Of a stretch of 64,000 bases of DNA, positions 63,971 through 64,000 are shown piece after piece. Source of the DNA: Anolis carolinensis (lineage: Eukaryota). The stretch spans positions 128,418,897-128,482,896 of the forward strand of contig NC_085845.1 in the NCBI RefSeq assembly GCF_035594765.1, in the 5' to 3' direction. The stretch's first letter is position 1; each line of letters opens with the position of its first letter. A program made the position numbers and the translations under genes. The notes beneath the pieces are model-generated. The model was not told the DNA's origin and made no database searches. It was given only the letters and a program-made list of their open reading frames with translations.

Positions 63971-64000
63971 CAAGAATTTCTCTGTCCGAGGAAGGCATGA

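Overview
Vertebrate nuclear DNA, AT-rich and essentially non-coding (intron or intergenic), with one 140-N scaffold gap. The repeat set (young CR1, RTE/BovB, L2, lizard-type L1, Penelope, 5S- and tRNA-headed SINEs, SPIN-type hAT and Tc1/mariner MITEs) points to a squamate, most likely Anolis; this is inferred from recalled repeat families, not a search. The only long ORF is a stop-free CR1 ORF2 (APE endonuclease plus RT, minus strand) inserted into a Tigger-like MITE. I could not support any host protein-coding exon, though 20.3-21.1 kb may be a host exon or promoter. I found no prokaryote-style system and claim no new biological system. The best observations are mechanistic: three independent TSD-bounded, 5'-inverted (twin-primed) L1 insertions, one capturing an inverted 5'UTR; a GGAAGT(C/T)AA motif shared by four divergent L1 3'UTRs; a TSD-bounded bipartite BovB derivative; a hAT MITE carrying a mariner fragment; and several nested insertions.
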